IMG/VR virus record: IMGVR_UViG_3300017585_000267
Coordinates: 1 to 64,000 of that record
Direction: 5' to 3' (one strand)
DNA length: 64,000 bases
DNA from: a virus
Taxonomy: Duplodnaviria > Caudoviricetes
A program made the translations under genes and the position numbers. Each line of letters begins with the position of its first letter. Position 1 is the first letter of the stretch. The notes below the pieces were generated by a model that was not told the origin of the DNA, did not search any database, and saw only the letters and a list, made by a program, of their open reading frames with translations. Shown piece after piece: positions 9,301-19,859 of the stretch.

Positions 9301-11407
9301 CGAAGAGGGTCTTCATCTGTGTCCTCAAGCCGTCAAGCCTATGCCAGAAGGACATGGCTGTCCTGTCGGCGACCATGTTGGCCTCCCTCGACACCTTATA
9401 GCCGACTGCTGTCATGAAGTCCCCGCAGTCGGCGGCGGAGGACATGTACCTGTCGAACCAGGAGATGTCCTCCTCGAGGGAGTCCACGAAGTCGGCTATC
9501 TGCATCCTCTTCTCGCTTCTCGTCACGAGCTTGGGCATCTTGCCCTTCCTCATGACCCATACCTTCCCTGCCGCAACGTCGACGTACTTGGCCCCATAGA
9601 ACTCCTCCACGACGTCACACACCATCTGCCTCATCTTGGCCTCCATCACTTGCTGGAGTCCGCCCATCTTGCGCTTCTTGCCGTCGGTGTCAGCATACTC
9701 CCCGCCGTTTGAGGACAGCACGTCGTTGAGCCTGTCGAGGGCTTCCCTCAGGTCGACGGCGACAGGGTTCCCGTTCTTTCCAGGAATGGTGACGCTCTCT
9801 ACGTGCAGCTTGGCCAGCTTGTCGCTGAGGATGCCGCAGATGTCGCTGATGTTCCTCATGGCTGTGCACACGGACTTCATGTTGGCGAAGTTCCTTGTGA
9901 TGTCGTTGTAGAACGAGACCTTGCTTGCGGGGTTGATGGAGTCCAGCAGGTTCGAGACATCATTGCTGAGTATTTCCTCAAGGCCGACTATGGCGGCGGC
10001 AATGCCCTCGATGGCAGCAGTCCTTGCAAGGCTCTCATATTCCAGCTGCGCTCCGTATGAGCCCTCGACATTGGCGATGAGATCCTTGAGCTTGGCATAG
10101 ATTTCCTTGTTGTTGGCGTCGTCAGCCCTTCTCATGGATGGCTTCAGGTCACGGGTAAGGGCCTTCAGCCTGGCGATAGTGTCCCTGTATGCATCTACGT
10201 TGGTACGGGTTGCCTCAGAGAGCATTTCCCTGGAACTCTTCCTTACATATGTATGGGCACTGGCAAGTGCAGCGTCGGGGTTGGCGGCCTCGGGGTTGGA
10301 GAGGAACCCCATTGCGGCAGTGGACGCGGCAAGCCTGGCGGACTCTACCATGCCCCTCACCTCGGATGGCTTGACTACGCCAAGGCGTTCACCCACGAAC
10401 CTGGCTATCCTCCCGAGGAGGTTCCTGAGTTGCTGCCATAAGGCCTTGACCTTCTCCCTGGCGGTCCATCCTTTCCAGCTTTCCTTCCACCTCTCCGTCG
10501 CAAGCCTCTCATTCTGTGCGTCCTTGAATGGGGTGAGGAGCTGTTCGCCTATAAGGATGCCGGCGGCCTCCTCTGCGGATTCACTCGACACTATAAATCC
10601 TTCCCTGTAGAACGGGGAGGCCTCGTTCTTGAAGAGCGCCTGCTGCAAGTCAAGGTCGGAAAGCATGTCAACGACCCTCCTTACATTGGGGTTGTCAGCC
10701 ATCGCGCCCACAATGAAGTGTCCCGCCGCCTCGGCAACCTCTGGGGCGGTGTTCTCCCCGTTGAGGACGCTGACCACTTTATACAGCCCGTCGGCATCCT
10801 GCACCGGGTTCTGCGTCGAGTACTTGGTGGCGAGCCTTGACGACCTGAGGAATTCGGTGCTGAGGCCCATGTTTTCGAGCATCGTGATGACGGCGTCTGT
10901 CATCAGCTTGTTCTGCACATGGTCAGCAAGCTTGTACTCCTCCTCCGAAGTCCTTGGCACCACCTTTATGGAATAGTAGCCGTCGGCTTCCCTGGTGAGG
11001 GTCGCCATGAAGCCACCCTTGCCGTCCTTGCCTCCCTTGGCGAACTGGTTGCCCTTGTTGAACCTGAGTACGTTCGACAGGGCCTCGTCATATTCATATC
11101 GTCCCGCACCAAGCTCTTTGTTGAGTGAGGTAAGCACTACGGAGTTCGAGAGGTTCCCCTCGATGCCGCTGCCGTCCATGGCCCTCTTCAGGGACTCTAT
11201 GGTCACCTCCCCGTCAACGTCGAACTCCAGGGTGTCGACATTGTCCGACAGGAAGTTCCCGTCCTTTGAAAGGAGGTAGTGAATCATCGTCTGCCTCCTG
11301 TCGCCACTGAACACCTTGGTCAAGTCCTTCCACAGGGCGCTGACCTTTGGTTTTCCGTTCATGTCCCTTACATTGTATGTAATGGAACAACTTCCTTTTG
11401 CTGCCAT
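6323..11407 (-). CDS. Large crAss-like virion cargo/ejection protein with C-terminal hydrophobic segments
   Basis: 1694 aa, helical, directly downstream of the RNAP gene. TM-like stretches near the C-terminus fit Crassvirales cargo proteins. Confidence 0.7.
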   Translation of the reverse strand: MAAKGSCSITYNVRDMNGKPKVSALWKDLTKVFSGDRRQTMIHYLLSKDGNFLSDNVDTLEFDVDGEVTIESLKRAMDGSGIEGNLSNSVVLTSLNKELGAGRYEYDEALSNVLRFNKGNQFAKGGKDGKGGFMATLTREADGYYSIKVVPRTSEEEYKLADHVQNKLMTDAVITMLENMGLSTEFLRSSRLATKYSTQNPVQDADGLYKVVSVLNGENTAPEVAEAAGHFIVGAMADNPNVRRVVDMLSDLDLQQALFKNEASPFYREGFIVSSESAEEAAGILIGEQLLTPFKDAQNERLATERWKESWKGWTAREKVKALWQQLRNLLGRIARFVGERLGVVKPSEVRGMVESARLAASTAAMGFLSNPEAANPDAALASAHTYVRKSSREMLSEATRTNVDAYRDTIARLKALTRDLKPSMRRADDANNKEIYAKLKDLIANVEGSYGAQLEYESLARTAAIEGIAAAIVGLEEILSNDVSNLLDSINPASKVSFYNDITRNFANMKSVCTAMRNISDICGILSDKLAKLHVESVTIPGKNGNPVAVDLREALDRLNDVLSSNGGEYADTDGKKRKMGGLQQVMEAKMRQMVCDVVEEFYGAKYVDVAAGKVWVMRKGKMPKLVTRSEKRMQIADFVDSLEEDISWFDRYMSSAADCGDFMTAVGYKVSREANMVADRTAMSFWHRLDGLRTQMKTLFGDTDCGRFFELAEEYDEDGNPTGRMVKTGNLISETGVNYGAWERDRKLFKKDLDRRFNEYLAEKRKKFYEENKGAREVYSLTQNQIAMLRYNFVEPLWNQWHKEHSEKDASKRWIPKASKYHNPQWDELFDTGNPGLSEEEVEQRKGQLVWYKHLLEVKSDMDGLLPAGATVPTRAPQMVGRFSHRIENLRQRTGEGWLSAGGRILRMKVAEMWNVRDDEGYLFGTNNEFNELEEDPTQSPAFYEKESRDRLPVFGVNKLRNMDDLSTDLFGTMMAYGSMASSFFAMKQYVDVFGVAKDVLKRREVAGVKESERPSESRAYGRFIKFIEKNVYGINVTPPKFGKNGFIKFLNSLSALGSRILLGGNVAGGIVNTGTGINEILKEALAGEHFGISDVNAANKLYFSNVIDSFVQGYKQRKDDKVSLWIRHWNILGENRDFLRGQSFDQRGMFKNDYGIWRFMDQSLMLPYSTGDHYMQTIPYFALANTVTVYDSEGNPIKLMDAYSVVDGEEVFRAEESGIIEEILRKTKAATDMGTLAEYTDEELEFLAANDLEGESPKAIMTAIKKRKLGNTPKRLVLRDDVFRGPEEILKYRKAIAVINKISDIFERNPNIKNSHKAHLELTDDEIKYLEEEGFLTPSLATAGEATAKELASLKTALTSKTHDYHYNEDDESMFMDKARNITNRLHGIYNQEDKVVLQQNIVGNLWMAMKGYALGMVNRRFGNNRYNIFQQRNTEGTFNTALKVMASIRGQSSWKAAREGLFMGGMFTGIPVTIGEWFFAGSMAVPLAALAGVGVAAGLYGLFNRKFQDKVRADMMKEGFSETQFYNMKRMGTDFLLIEALMLLKMLLAPNGPLAGDDDDSESNIGAGIAYYFVMRWLREQSAFNTLRGIDNEMGSMLDWKPIGLSGSFTMLELGALYARTAYNEAFNNSSDKYKNSDLYYQSSKEGMYEAGDMKAWKKTQRLIPYYRSFYTFQHPYEAASGYEYGRKIR

Positions 11408-11430
11408 ATATAACCGCTTAAATGATCATT

Positions 11431-11477
11431 CAAAAAAAAACAAGGCAAGAAGCCAGGAATAACCTGGCCTCCTGCCA
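11431..11477 (-). terminator. Intrinsic terminator/attenuator between the two giant genes
   Basis: GGCA...GCCAGG/CCTGGC...TGCC hairpin followed by a T-run on the minus strand. Confidence 0.5.
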
Positions 11478-11480
11478 TAC

Positions 11481-14400
11481 TCATTTCACAGGGCACATGG
11501 GTATCTCATTGCCATTCTCGTCTATCGTAGGGGGAACCTCGTTCCTGTCCACCTTCTCGGTAATCTCGTTGAGCACGTCAGCAGTGGTCTTGTCGACGCC
11601 CTCAGTGAACCTGCTCCTGAAGTCGGTCCATGTCTCGGCGGGGTCGATGGACGAGGGGTACAGGGCCCTGAAGCCATTGAATATCTGCTGCCATTGGGAA
11701 TCGCTGAACATGGACTGCACGTTGTCGCCCTCCCTGACCTGCACGAAGCTTACGCCGTCCGAAGACTCTCCCACTTCCATGGGCGCACTGTCAGGGGAGG
11801 CCTCCGTGGAAAGGTCCGCCTCCACTGGGGAATCCTTGATGCCCTGGAAGCTCCTGTACTCAGACGCGCCGAAGTACTGCAAGCTCTTGCCCCTCTCGCC
11901 CTGCTCACTAACAAACCTATAGGTCATGGTGCCTTTGGCGGAGCTGACGGTGTTGAAGGCCTCGTCGCTGCCGTCCGCCATGTAGTAGGCGGTACTCCTG
12001 CCATGGGTCACGGCGACAACCGGCCTGAACGAGGTGACTCCGTTCTCCCTCGAGAGGGTGAAGAGCTTCACCATGTCCTTGCCGACTAAGCTCTCATTGA
12101 CGGTGAAGGACATGTTCCAACCGGTCTCCTCGCTGTAGGCCTGGGAGAGCACCTTCTCCAGTGTCCGTCCCTTGGGGGTGAACACCAGCCTCTTGTTGTC
12201 GAGGTGGTTCAGCAGGTACTGCTTCACGAAGGAGTAGATCTCGGCATCGGTGAGCTGCACCTTGCCGCCGATCACCCTCCTTACGAAGTCTATGTAGCCG
12301 TCCTGGCCGCTCTCGTTCTGCCTGTTCACCTTGTCCATTGTAAGCCCGAGCTTCAGGACGGTGGGGGTGAGGCTCATGGTGGAGGTGGGGTGGAAGTTGA
12401 AGCCCATCCTGTAGAAGTTGTAGAGGAACATGTCCTTGGCGAGCTCGCTGAGGGAGTAGCTCCTGCCCATCGCGCCACTGACGATCGTCCTGTCGTGCAC
12501 GAAGGCGTCGGCCCACTCCTCGGTAATGAGGTTGGACGCCCTTGTCTGCAAGCCTCCAACTCCCTCCATCCTGAGCTGCAAGGGCTGCTTGGACTCCGCG
12601 TCGCCCACGATGGTGAGGGAACGGAAGAAGGGCGCGTCCTTCAAGGCCCCCTCGGACTTCAGCTTGGCTATGAGCTGGGGGAAGTACTTCGTGTAGAACT
12701 CCCTGTTGCTCACCGTGCCGTCAGCGTTGGTGGTGGTGGCGATCGCCTTCCCGTCGAACTGTGTGCCGTCCTGTATGGAAAGGAGGTACACCATCAGGTC
12801 CCTGTGAATGCTGTTGATTGTATCCGCGTCAAGGGTGCCATACTTGGTAAGGCCCCCTATGATGTTCCTGACGGTCTTGTAGAGCTGCGTCCTGTAAGGA
12901 TATTGCCTGGAGAATATGTCCCTCTCGGCCTTCCTGATGGCGTCCATCATGCACTGCTCGAACGCGAGGGGGTTCCTGGACATCTCGGCAAGGTATTCCT
13001 CATGGCTGAGGTCAAGGAGGTATTCCCCCATGTTGAGGATTCCCCTGGTGTCGCCCTCGGACATCTCCTCGTCAAGGGTGGTGACCCTTGCGCTGTCGCT
13101 TTCGGAGTATAGCTTGAACACGATCTTCTGCCTCTTCAAGGACTGTTCGTCATTGGAGGCGTACTTGTCGATGAACTTTTTGACCCTCTGTTCCTGTGCG
13201 ATGAAGTCCCCCTCGGTTGAGCCTATGGAGTTCGCCGCAGTGAACCTCGTGCTCTGGACGAAGGAGCTCACGTCGCCTGTGGCCGCAAGGATTTCATTGA
13301 AGAGCGCGAGCACCTGGAGCTGCCCCTCCTTGTAGGAAGACGATGGGGTGATTTCCCCCGCGTCGATCCTTCTCTTGGTGAGGAGGTTGTTCGCCAACGC
13401 GTTGGTGGTCCCGTTGGTCGGGCTGTAGGTGATGTCGTCGAACGTCCTGCCATAGGCGAGGTATCTCCTTGATATCTCGAGTATGGCGTTCTCCGTGGAC
13501 ACCCCCTGGTTGGCCGCATAGTTGCAGACCGCCTTGATGATGGGCTGGTTGAACAGCAGGCCTATCTCCATGGGGGAGTACCCAAGCCTCGCAAGCACCG
13601 CGCCTGCGTCAGCCGTGATGACATTGAGGTTGAGGTAGTTGAGCACCGGGTCCTTGACTGCATCGACGGATGCCGAAAGGTACTCGGCCACATTGGTGTC
13701 CACGTCGATGCCCTCGGGATGGTTGAGGAAGTCGCTGAGACCTTCCGCCGCATGGTTCCCAAACTTGATGGGGGTCCTCAGGTACATCTCCTCGAGGAGG
13801 GAGGCGTATGCATGGTTGGCGTTTTGGTTCGCGAAGATGCCTATGAGCTTGGCCGCCAACTGGTTCTGTTGGTTGTAGACCAGGATGGTGGTGGGGTCAG
13901 TTATATCGTACCTAGGCTTTGGGTCCTTCAGGTCTCCGTCATTTATCGACTTTGTTATGGCATCCACACTGTCGAAGTCTATGAGGCCGTTCCTGTCGGT
14001 AATCTCCGAAGGGTCTGCATACAGGAGTACCCGCATCCTGAGGGCCGCGTCGGAGTTGGCCCGGAACCCGCCTGGGGTGTACCTCGCCTTCAGGGTCTCG
14101 GGATCCATCAGCCTCTGCCTTATGAGGTCGATGAGGAGGTTGTTCCTCGCCACCCTGGTATTGCCTGGGGTGACCACCTTGCCGTCCTTGTCCTTCACAG
14201 GATTGAGGGGGGAGACGGTCGGGTCGTATGTCTCGAACTCGTTGTAGTACTTGGCGAACTCCTCCTCGGGACTTCCCTCAAGGCCAGCCGCGTCCCAGTA
14301 GTCGTAAAGCCTCTCGGCCTCGGCGAGCAACGGGGAGAGGCCTTCCCTGCCCGAAGTGTCGAGCCCCTGCTCCCTGGCATACTTCTCGGCGTTGAAGCTG

Positions 14401-17400
14401 AAGAGCCTGTTGAGGTTGACCAGGAGCTCCTGCGCCTGCTGGTCCCTGAGCTGGGCCGCCTTGAGTGCCTGGTACTTCTCATTTCCGCCTATAATCTTGC
14501 CGTCCCTGTCGAACTGTAGGCCATAGACCTTCGACCAGATCTCGGCCGTCTTCTCGGGGGTGAGCCGCTTTGTCTTGAATTCCCTCATGAAGAAGTGCAG
14601 CTTGTCTATGTCGAAGTCGAAGCCCGCCCTTGTGGTGCCGGACTGGGGGACTTTCAGGATGCCTCCCGCAAGTGGGTGCGAGAACCTTTTGATCTTGCAG
14701 TTGATCATCGAGTAGTCCCTTTCGGTCGGGATGCGGTATGCAACTATGTCAAGGATGCCCTTGTACTTGGTCTCGATGAGGGGGACGCGGTAGAGGAGGT
14801 TGCCGTCACTGTCCTTGAGCTGGTTGCCCTGTTTGTCGAGGGCCGGCCAGGAGAGGTACTCGATGGTGTCCTTGGCCGTCACGAGCCTGTCGGACATCCT
14901 GAGGTCGCCTATCTCATGGTGGCCGTACTCGTCGTCGGTGGGCTCGGTGTAGCACCAGTCCTCGAACTTGAGCGGGACGTTCTTGCCATTGGCGGCCGTG
15001 TAGGACAGGTTCCAGGTAAGCTCTATCTCGTCATAGAGCACGTTGTCGCCATCGGGGGACACCACCTCATGCAGGTCGCCCGAGTCCTGGTAGCCGACGA
15101 GCCCCATCGCGGATGCCTGGACCCCCATGCCGCCCTTTATCTTCTGCTTGTTGACGCCCTTCTTGAGGAGGGACGCCAGCAACGCGAAGGAATCATGCTC
15201 CAACCCGGCCTCCCCGAGGGGGACGGTGAACTCTCCCGCGAACTCCCCGTCGTCGATGAGGGAGAGGGCGAAGGCATTGTCCTCGGACTGGTTGCTGTTG
15301 CTGATGACGTTCTGTATCAGCATGTCCGACAGGGCCTGGTTGGTGGCAGTGTTCTCGGCGAAGTTGTCGTAGGAATCGAAGATGTTCGACATTATCAGGC
15401 TGTTGACCAGACTGATGAGGTTCTTCCCGGTGAGGTGCACATTCCCCATCCCGGGGATGAACACCGTCGGGCCATTGGGGTCATTGGAAGCCACCCCGAA
15501 GACGTTCTCGAGGTAGGCCTTGTAGCTGCCGTACTTCCGTATGCCGGCCCAGACGAGCTTCCTTATCTGGGTGCCGAACAGGTGCGCGTGGTTCATGTGC
15601 TCCGGAACCCCGGACTGGATCCTGTAGTCGCTCCAGGAGAGGTTGTGGACGTATGCCTTGCCCAGCGCGGCGCCTATCTCCTCTGTGGAACCCTTCCCCT
15701 TGAGGTCGACCGAGCCGAAGCCCCCGACCTTTACGCACTTTGTGGAGCACACCAAGTCGATGGGGGCGGCCTTACCGTCTTCGTCGACATGGTTTTCCAT
15801 CCAGATGGCCATGTCACGGAGCTTTCCCTGTGGCATGATCTCGGGTATGAGGACAACCTCCGCATACTTGTGCTGCACGGGTATCAGGGCGTAGTCAGGC
15901 TCTATAAGCCTCCCTGTGTTAAAATCAAAATCACCGCCACCGATTTGCATCTTTTCAAGGGTGTAGAGGAAGGGCTTGATCGGCTGGAACGAGACCGCAA
16001 GCTCGGTGATTTCGGCAACTTCGGACGCATGGAGCTGCCTGCCGCTGGCCTCGGCCCTTATGGCCTTGATCCTTTGGTAGGCCTTCTCCATCGGCTGGGT
16101 CCACTCGCCTGCCATCCCACGCACCGCCCTGTAGCTGTCGAGCGTCCTGTATCCCTGGCCGTCGGTGAGGGAGTCCTTCTTGTAGGACTTGGCTATCCTG
16201 GAATCCTTGCCGAAGACCTTCTCTATGAGCTGCATGAGCTCGGGGTTCTCGTCCTCGGAGCTCACGGCTATGTCGTCAAAGTAAACCACAGACTCGTACG
16301 GCCTGGTGGTGTAGAGCCTGCCATTGTAGTCCCTCGCCTCCAGGGAAAGCCCCTTGCCCGGGGCATAGATTTCCTTGTACCTCTTCTGGAGGTCCTCCAC
16401 GGTTTGATCATGGCTGTAGAACGAAGGGTCGACCGTGAACATCTGGAGCTGCTCCGTGGTGGCATACTTGGTGTTCCAGAAGAAATCGGACACAAGGTCC
16501 TCGATGCCGTTGGGGTATTCCTTCTTGAGGTGTCTCAGGTTTCCCTCAAAGGTGTCGTCGGCGGTAGAGTAGGAGACGCTTCCGTCATTGCCGACGTACT
16601 TCGTCAGTATCCCGTATGAAGCCAGCCTGTCCTTGAACCGCGCCTCGGCGTCGTTCATGTAGGCGTTGATGGCCTTCCTCAAGGAATCCCTGCCGTATGC
16701 CTTCTTGGCCATCGCCATGGCCTGTTCCTTCGAAAGGCTTGCGACTGCCTCATTGGACATCGACTCGTTGCCAGTAAGGATCTTCCAGTACTTCCCTCCA
16801 TGCTCGGTATGGTTGAGGAAGGCCATCATGGTGAACTCATTGGCGGTCTGGCTGAAGTTCGCTATGGGCTTGTAGCCGTTCCTTTCGAGGATTTCATTGG
16901 TGGCCTCCACATACTTCATGCGCTCGATCTCCTGGAGGAACACGTCCTCCATGCCCTTGAGGATGCTGTCCTTGTCGTACCTCCTCGCGGTGAAGAACAT
17001 CTGCGTGCCTGCGTCGCCGAGGATGAAGCAAGGGTACTGGGCGAACTCGCTCTTGCTGTTCTGGTCCCTCTTCTGTATGAAGTTCTTCAGCATCGCGACG
17101 GCGTGCTGCCTCTCGACGAAGTTCTCGAAGATCACGTTCCTCCCGTCCACGTTGGAGCCAAGGAATTCATCGAACTGGAACACCTTGGCGAGGGCGTTCT
17201 CGTCGATGATCACGTTGCCCCTCTTGTCGGTGTGGATGGAATCGTAGAGTTCCTGCAACCACCTGTTCAGGAACCTGCCGTCCTTGTAGAAGATGGTGCT
17301 GCCGCCCCACTTGTCCCTGATGAAGGACTTGAGGCCCTTCTCGTCCTTCTCGTTCACGAACTCCCTTATCTTGTCGACGAGGTCCCCCATGTAGGAGGGG

Positions 17401-19463
17401 GTCCTGTCCGAGTACCTCGAGTTGGACTTGCCCTTCCTGTCGAACCAGGACACCCTCCTCTCGACCTTGAGGTTTTGGGTGGCCTCGCCTATGACGTCGA
17501 GCATGGTGTTAATCCTCTCCTCCCCTGCCCCGAGCTTGGAATTGGCACCAAAGCCATAGGCCTTTTTAATGAACCGGGAGAAGGACATCGTTTGTCCATC
17601 ATTGTAAGTATTGAGGAACTCCAGGGCCTTCCTGTACTCCTCCCGCTCCTCTGACGTGCTGCTGGAACTCTCCGAGGGGTTACCACCGTATTTCCTGCGG
17701 TACTTTATCAGGATGTCATAGGCACCAGGGACTGTTTCGGCGGACTTGGATGTACCCAAAGCTCGTGTGGCTTGCACGCGGAACTCCCTGAGAGCCGCAA
17801 GGAACTTGCTCCTGAGCTTCTTGTTGCTGAGGATCCTGCGGGCCGCCTGCTCGGAAATGGGGATGCCGAGGGAGCCGGCCGCCGTCCTTATGTAGTTGAT
17901 CCTCTCAGCCGTGTTCTTGCTCCAGAACCCTGTGTCGCCATAGGAAACCGCCCCACCGAGGAACAGGTTTATGTCGGCCTTTGTCTCCTGTGACGGGAGC
18001 ATGTACTCACTCGCAAGGAACCAGTCGGCCATCTTCTCCCAGTCCACGAAGCCGTTCTCGTCGAAGACGGTGGTGAGGGCGAACTCCTCCTGCCTTTGGT
18101 TGAGGCCGATGAGGAGTTTGTACTCATCCCTGAGGGGGTTGTCCTTCCTGTTGAGCTGCTTGATTACGAGGTCGCCGTTCTTGCTCCTGACCATCGCAGA
18201 GTAGGGAATGAAGTTCTTGTGCATGTCCTCGAGGAGCTGGGTGATGATGGGGTTCCTGGGGGCGTTTGAGTCAGTGATCGGCTGGTCAAGGCGGTTTATA
18301 CGTATGTCCTTCTTTCCGGCCTTCTTCTCCTGGGGAGTGGCACGGATGAATCTTGCCATCCCTGCCGCGTCACCTAGCTCCCAATATATACGCGCTACGC
18401 TCGGGTCCGTCTTGCCGACTTCCCTCAGCTTGCGCAGCATCGCGCTCTCCGAGGTAAGCCCCCTCAGCATGTCCGCAAGCATCATGTGGGTCTCCACGGG
18501 ATCCATCATGACCGCATAGCCCATGTCATCCCTGACAATCTCCCCAAAGGCATCCACCTCAGGTATCGTGGAGAGGAAGTTCCTCACCTCATTGCCAAGG
18601 GAGCTGAACGCGGAGGTGGCCGCCTGGTGCGTCATCCACGCCTCCCTTACGGACTCCTCAAGGTCGTATGTCTCCTCCAGTGGGGAATCCATGCTGAAGT
18701 TGTCAGAGGTGGTCGGGGCCGCGTAGTTCAACGTGCCTCCCAGCTTCAGTCCCTCGGTGTCCCTGAGGGACATCCTTGCGAATGTCGTAATGGCCGGCCA
18801 GTTGTTGAGGACCTTGAGGTATTCGCCCATTCTGTGCTGAAGTTTGTCGAGGTAGGCTTTTCTTTGGGGAGGCAGGGCATCATATTTTTCCTGGGTGGGC
18901 GCAAATCTCTTGATCTTGTCATCATAGTCCTTCTTGAGTATGTCATAGTCAGAGAGAAACTTATAAAACAAGGACTCGAAAATGCTGAACTGTCCGTCCC
19001 TCAACTGACCATCAACCATGTAGCCATTGATGACCTGCTGCCTCGTAAGCTGCATCCCGGCCTTCCTTGCGGCCGCCACCTTCTTGTCCACCATCCTTGA
19101 GAACTCGTAGGCCACCATGTTTATCCTGTTCCTGCGGGTGTCCGCGTTCCAGCCTTCAACATGGTAGAGTTGGCTGAACGTCTTCGCCGCATGGTGGGTG
19201 GAGTCGTTCATCTCCCTGAGGTGCCTCATGGCCACATCGTGCTTGAACTGCATGAGGGTCTTGGCGGCGGCAAGGAGCTTGTCCCCAATCTTGTCAGGGG
19301 TCCCCTCATCCGTTGCACTTATCAAGGGTTCCTCATGCTGGCTGTCATAGAGTCCCCTGAGGTTGCCGATGTCCTCCTTGGACATCCCGTTGTCGAGTAT
19401 TCCCGCTATCCTGTCGTCCACACCGCCCTCAGGGCTGAGGTAACATACTGCTACACTTGACAT
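11481..19463 (-). CDS. Virion-packaged double-psi beta-barrel RNA polymerase (phi14:2 gp66-like)
   Basis: About 2660 aa (likely start MSSVAVC at 19463). Contains YRIPT and GFDFDIDK (DFDID at 14604-14618), the catalytic motif of crAss-like virion RNAPs. Confidence 0.9.
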   Translation of the reverse strand: MSSVAVCYLSPEGGVDDRIAGILDNGMSKEDIGNLRGLYDSQHEEPLISATDEGTPDKIGDKLLAAAKTLMQFKHDVAMRHLREMNDSTHHAAKTFSQLYHVEGWNADTRRNRINMVAYEFSRMVDKKVAAARKAGMQLTRQQVINGYMVDGQLRDGQFSIFESLFYKFLSDYDILKKDYDDKIKRFAPTQEKYDALPPQRKAYLDKLQHRMGEYLKVLNNWPAITTFARMSLRDTEGLKLGGTLNYAAPTTSDNFSMDSPLEETYDLEESVREAWMTHQAATSAFSSLGNEVRNFLSTIPEVDAFGEIVRDDMGYAVMMDPVETHMMLADMLRGLTSESAMLRKLREVGKTDPSVARIYWELGDAAGMARFIRATPQEKKAGKKDIRINRLDQPITDSNAPRNPIITQLLEDMHKNFIPYSAMVRSKNGDLVIKQLNRKDNPLRDEYKLLIGLNQRQEEFALTTVFDENGFVDWEKMADWFLASEYMLPSQETKADINLFLGGAVSYGDTGFWSKNTAERINYIRTAAGSLGIPISEQAARRILSNKKLRSKFLAALREFRVQATRALGTSKSAETVPGAYDILIKYRRKYGGNPSESSSSTSEEREEYRKALEFLNTYNDGQTMSFSRFIKKAYGFGANSKLGAGEERINTMLDVIGEATQNLKVERRVSWFDRKGKSNSRYSDRTPSYMGDLVDKIREFVNEKDEKGLKSFIRDKWGGSTIFYKDGRFLNRWLQELYDSIHTDKRGNVIIDENALAKVFQFDEFLGSNVDGRNVIFENFVERQHAVAMLKNFIQKRDQNSKSEFAQYPCFILGDAGTQMFFTARRYDKDSILKGMEDVFLQEIERMKYVEATNEILERNGYKPIANFSQTANEFTMMAFLNHTEHGGKYWKILTGNESMSNEAVASLSKEQAMAMAKKAYGRDSLRKAINAYMNDAEARFKDRLASYGILTKYVGNDGSVSYSTADDTFEGNLRHLKKEYPNGIEDLVSDFFWNTKYATTEQLQMFTVDPSFYSHDQTVEDLQKRYKEIYAPGKGLSLEARDYNGRLYTTRPYESVVYFDDIAVSSEDENPELMQLIEKVFGKDSRIAKSYKKDSLTDGQGYRTLDSYRAVRGMAGEWTQPMEKAYQRIKAIRAEASGRQLHASEVAEITELAVSFQPIKPFLYTLEKMQIGGGDFDFNTGRLIEPDYALIPVQHKYAEVVLIPEIMPQGKLRDMAIWMENHVDEDGKAAPIDLVCSTKCVKVGGFGSVDLKGKGSTEEIGAALGKAYVHNLSWSDYRIQSGVPEHMNHAHLFGTQIRKLVWAGIRKYGSYKAYLENVFGVASNDPNGPTVFIPGMGNVHLTGKNLISLVNSLIMSNIFDSYDNFAENTATNQALSDMLIQNVISNSNQSEDNAFALSLIDDGEFAGEFTVPLGEAGLEHDSFALLASLLKKGVNKQKIKGGMGVQASAMGLVGYQDSGDLHEVVSPDGDNVLYDEIELTWNLSYTAANGKNVPLKFEDWCYTEPTDDEYGHHEIGDLRMSDRLVTAKDTIEYLSWPALDKQGNQLKDSDGNLLYRVPLIETKYKGILDIVAYRIPTERDYSMINCKIKRFSHPLAGGILKVPQSGTTRAGFDFDIDKLHFFMREFKTKRLTPEKTAEIWSKVYGLQFDRDGKIIGGNEKYQALKAAQLRDQQAQELLVNLNRLFSFNAEKYAREQGLDTSGREGLSPLLAEAERLYDYWDAAGLEGSPEEEFAKYYNEFETYDPTVSPLNPVKDKDGKVVTPGNTRVARNNLLIDLIRQRLMDPETLKARYTPGGFRANSDAALRMRVLLYADPSEITDRNGLIDFDSVDAITKSINDGDLKDPKPRYDITDPTTILVYNQQNQLAAKLIGIFANQNANHAYASLLEEMYLRTPIKFGNHAAEGLSDFLNHPEGIDVDTNVAEYLSASVDAVKDPVLNYLNLNVITADAGAVLARLGYSPMEIGLLFNQPIIKAVCNYAANQGVSTENAILEISRRYLAYGRTFDDITYSPTNGTTNALANNLLTKRRIDAGEITPSSSYKEGQLQVLALFNEILAATGDVSSFVQSTRFTAANSIGSTEGDFIAQEQRVKKFIDKYASNDEQSLKRQKIVFKLYSESDSARVTTLDEEMSEGDTRGILNMGEYLLDLSHEEYLAEMSRNPLAFEQCMMDAIRKAERDIFSRQYPYRTQLYKTVRNIIGGLTKYGTLDADTINSIHRDLMVYLLSIQDGTQFDGKAIATTTNADGTVSNREFYTKYFPQLIAKLKSEGALKDAPFFRSLTIVGDAESKQPLQLRMEGVGGLQTRASNLITEEWADAFVHDRTIVSGAMGRSYSLSELAKDMFLYNFYRMGFNFHPTSTMSLTPTVLKLGLTMDKVNRQNESGQDGYIDFVRRVIGGKVQLTDAEIYSFVKQYLLNHLDNKRLVFTPKGRTLEKVLSQAYSEETGWNMSFTVNESLVGKDMVKLFTLSRENGVTSFRPVVAVTHGRSTAYYMADGSDEAFNTVSSAKGTMTYRFVSEQGERGKSLQYFGASEYRSFQGIKDSPVEADLSTEASPDSAPMEVGESSDGVSFVQVREGDNVQSMFSDSQWQQIFNGFRALYPSSIDPAETWTDFRSRFTEGVDKTTADVLNEITEKVDRNEVPPTIDENGNEIPMCPVK

Positions 19464-19489
19464 TACAATAGTTTTATTTGTATTTGATG

Positions 19490-19497
19490 CAAATATA
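19490..19497 (-). promoter_or_regulatory. Bacteroidota-type -7 promoter element upstream of the vRNAP gene
   Basis: TATATTTG on the minus strand 27 nt before the ATG. Supports 19463 as the start. Confidence 0.6.
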
Positions 19498-19597
19498 AGG
19501 TTTTTACTTGGTTTAAACAGGGAGATTACTTGTGCCTTAGGGTTGATTAAGGACATTTGTAATGCTCCCTGAACGCATGGATGGCGGAACTCGCACC

Positions 19598-19855
19598 CTA
19601 CTCCCAGAGGTATTGAAAGAACGCTCCCCTCTCAATGGCATCGGGAATGTTGGTGCATTCCTTCAGTTCAGAAGTCTTGCAAACAGTCTCAGTGTCATCG
19701 ATCTCATGGATGATTCGCCACTCGTCTCTATTCTCGTCATAGGAGATTTCCTTGGAACTTCTTGCATAGCCTATGGCGATGAAGCACTCGACGGACTGAC
19801 CGTCCTTGCAGAGTTCCTTAAGTTTGTCCAGGGATTCTATTTTCCTTGCTCTCAT
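19598..19855 (-). CDS. Hypothetical protein
   Basis: Co-oriented and tightly packed ORF. Confidence 0.65.
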   Translation of the reverse strand: MRARKIESLDKLKELCKDGQSVECFIAIGYARSSKEISYDENRDEWRIIHEIDDTETVCKTSELKECTNIPDAIERGAFFQYLWE

Positions 19856-19859
19856 GGTT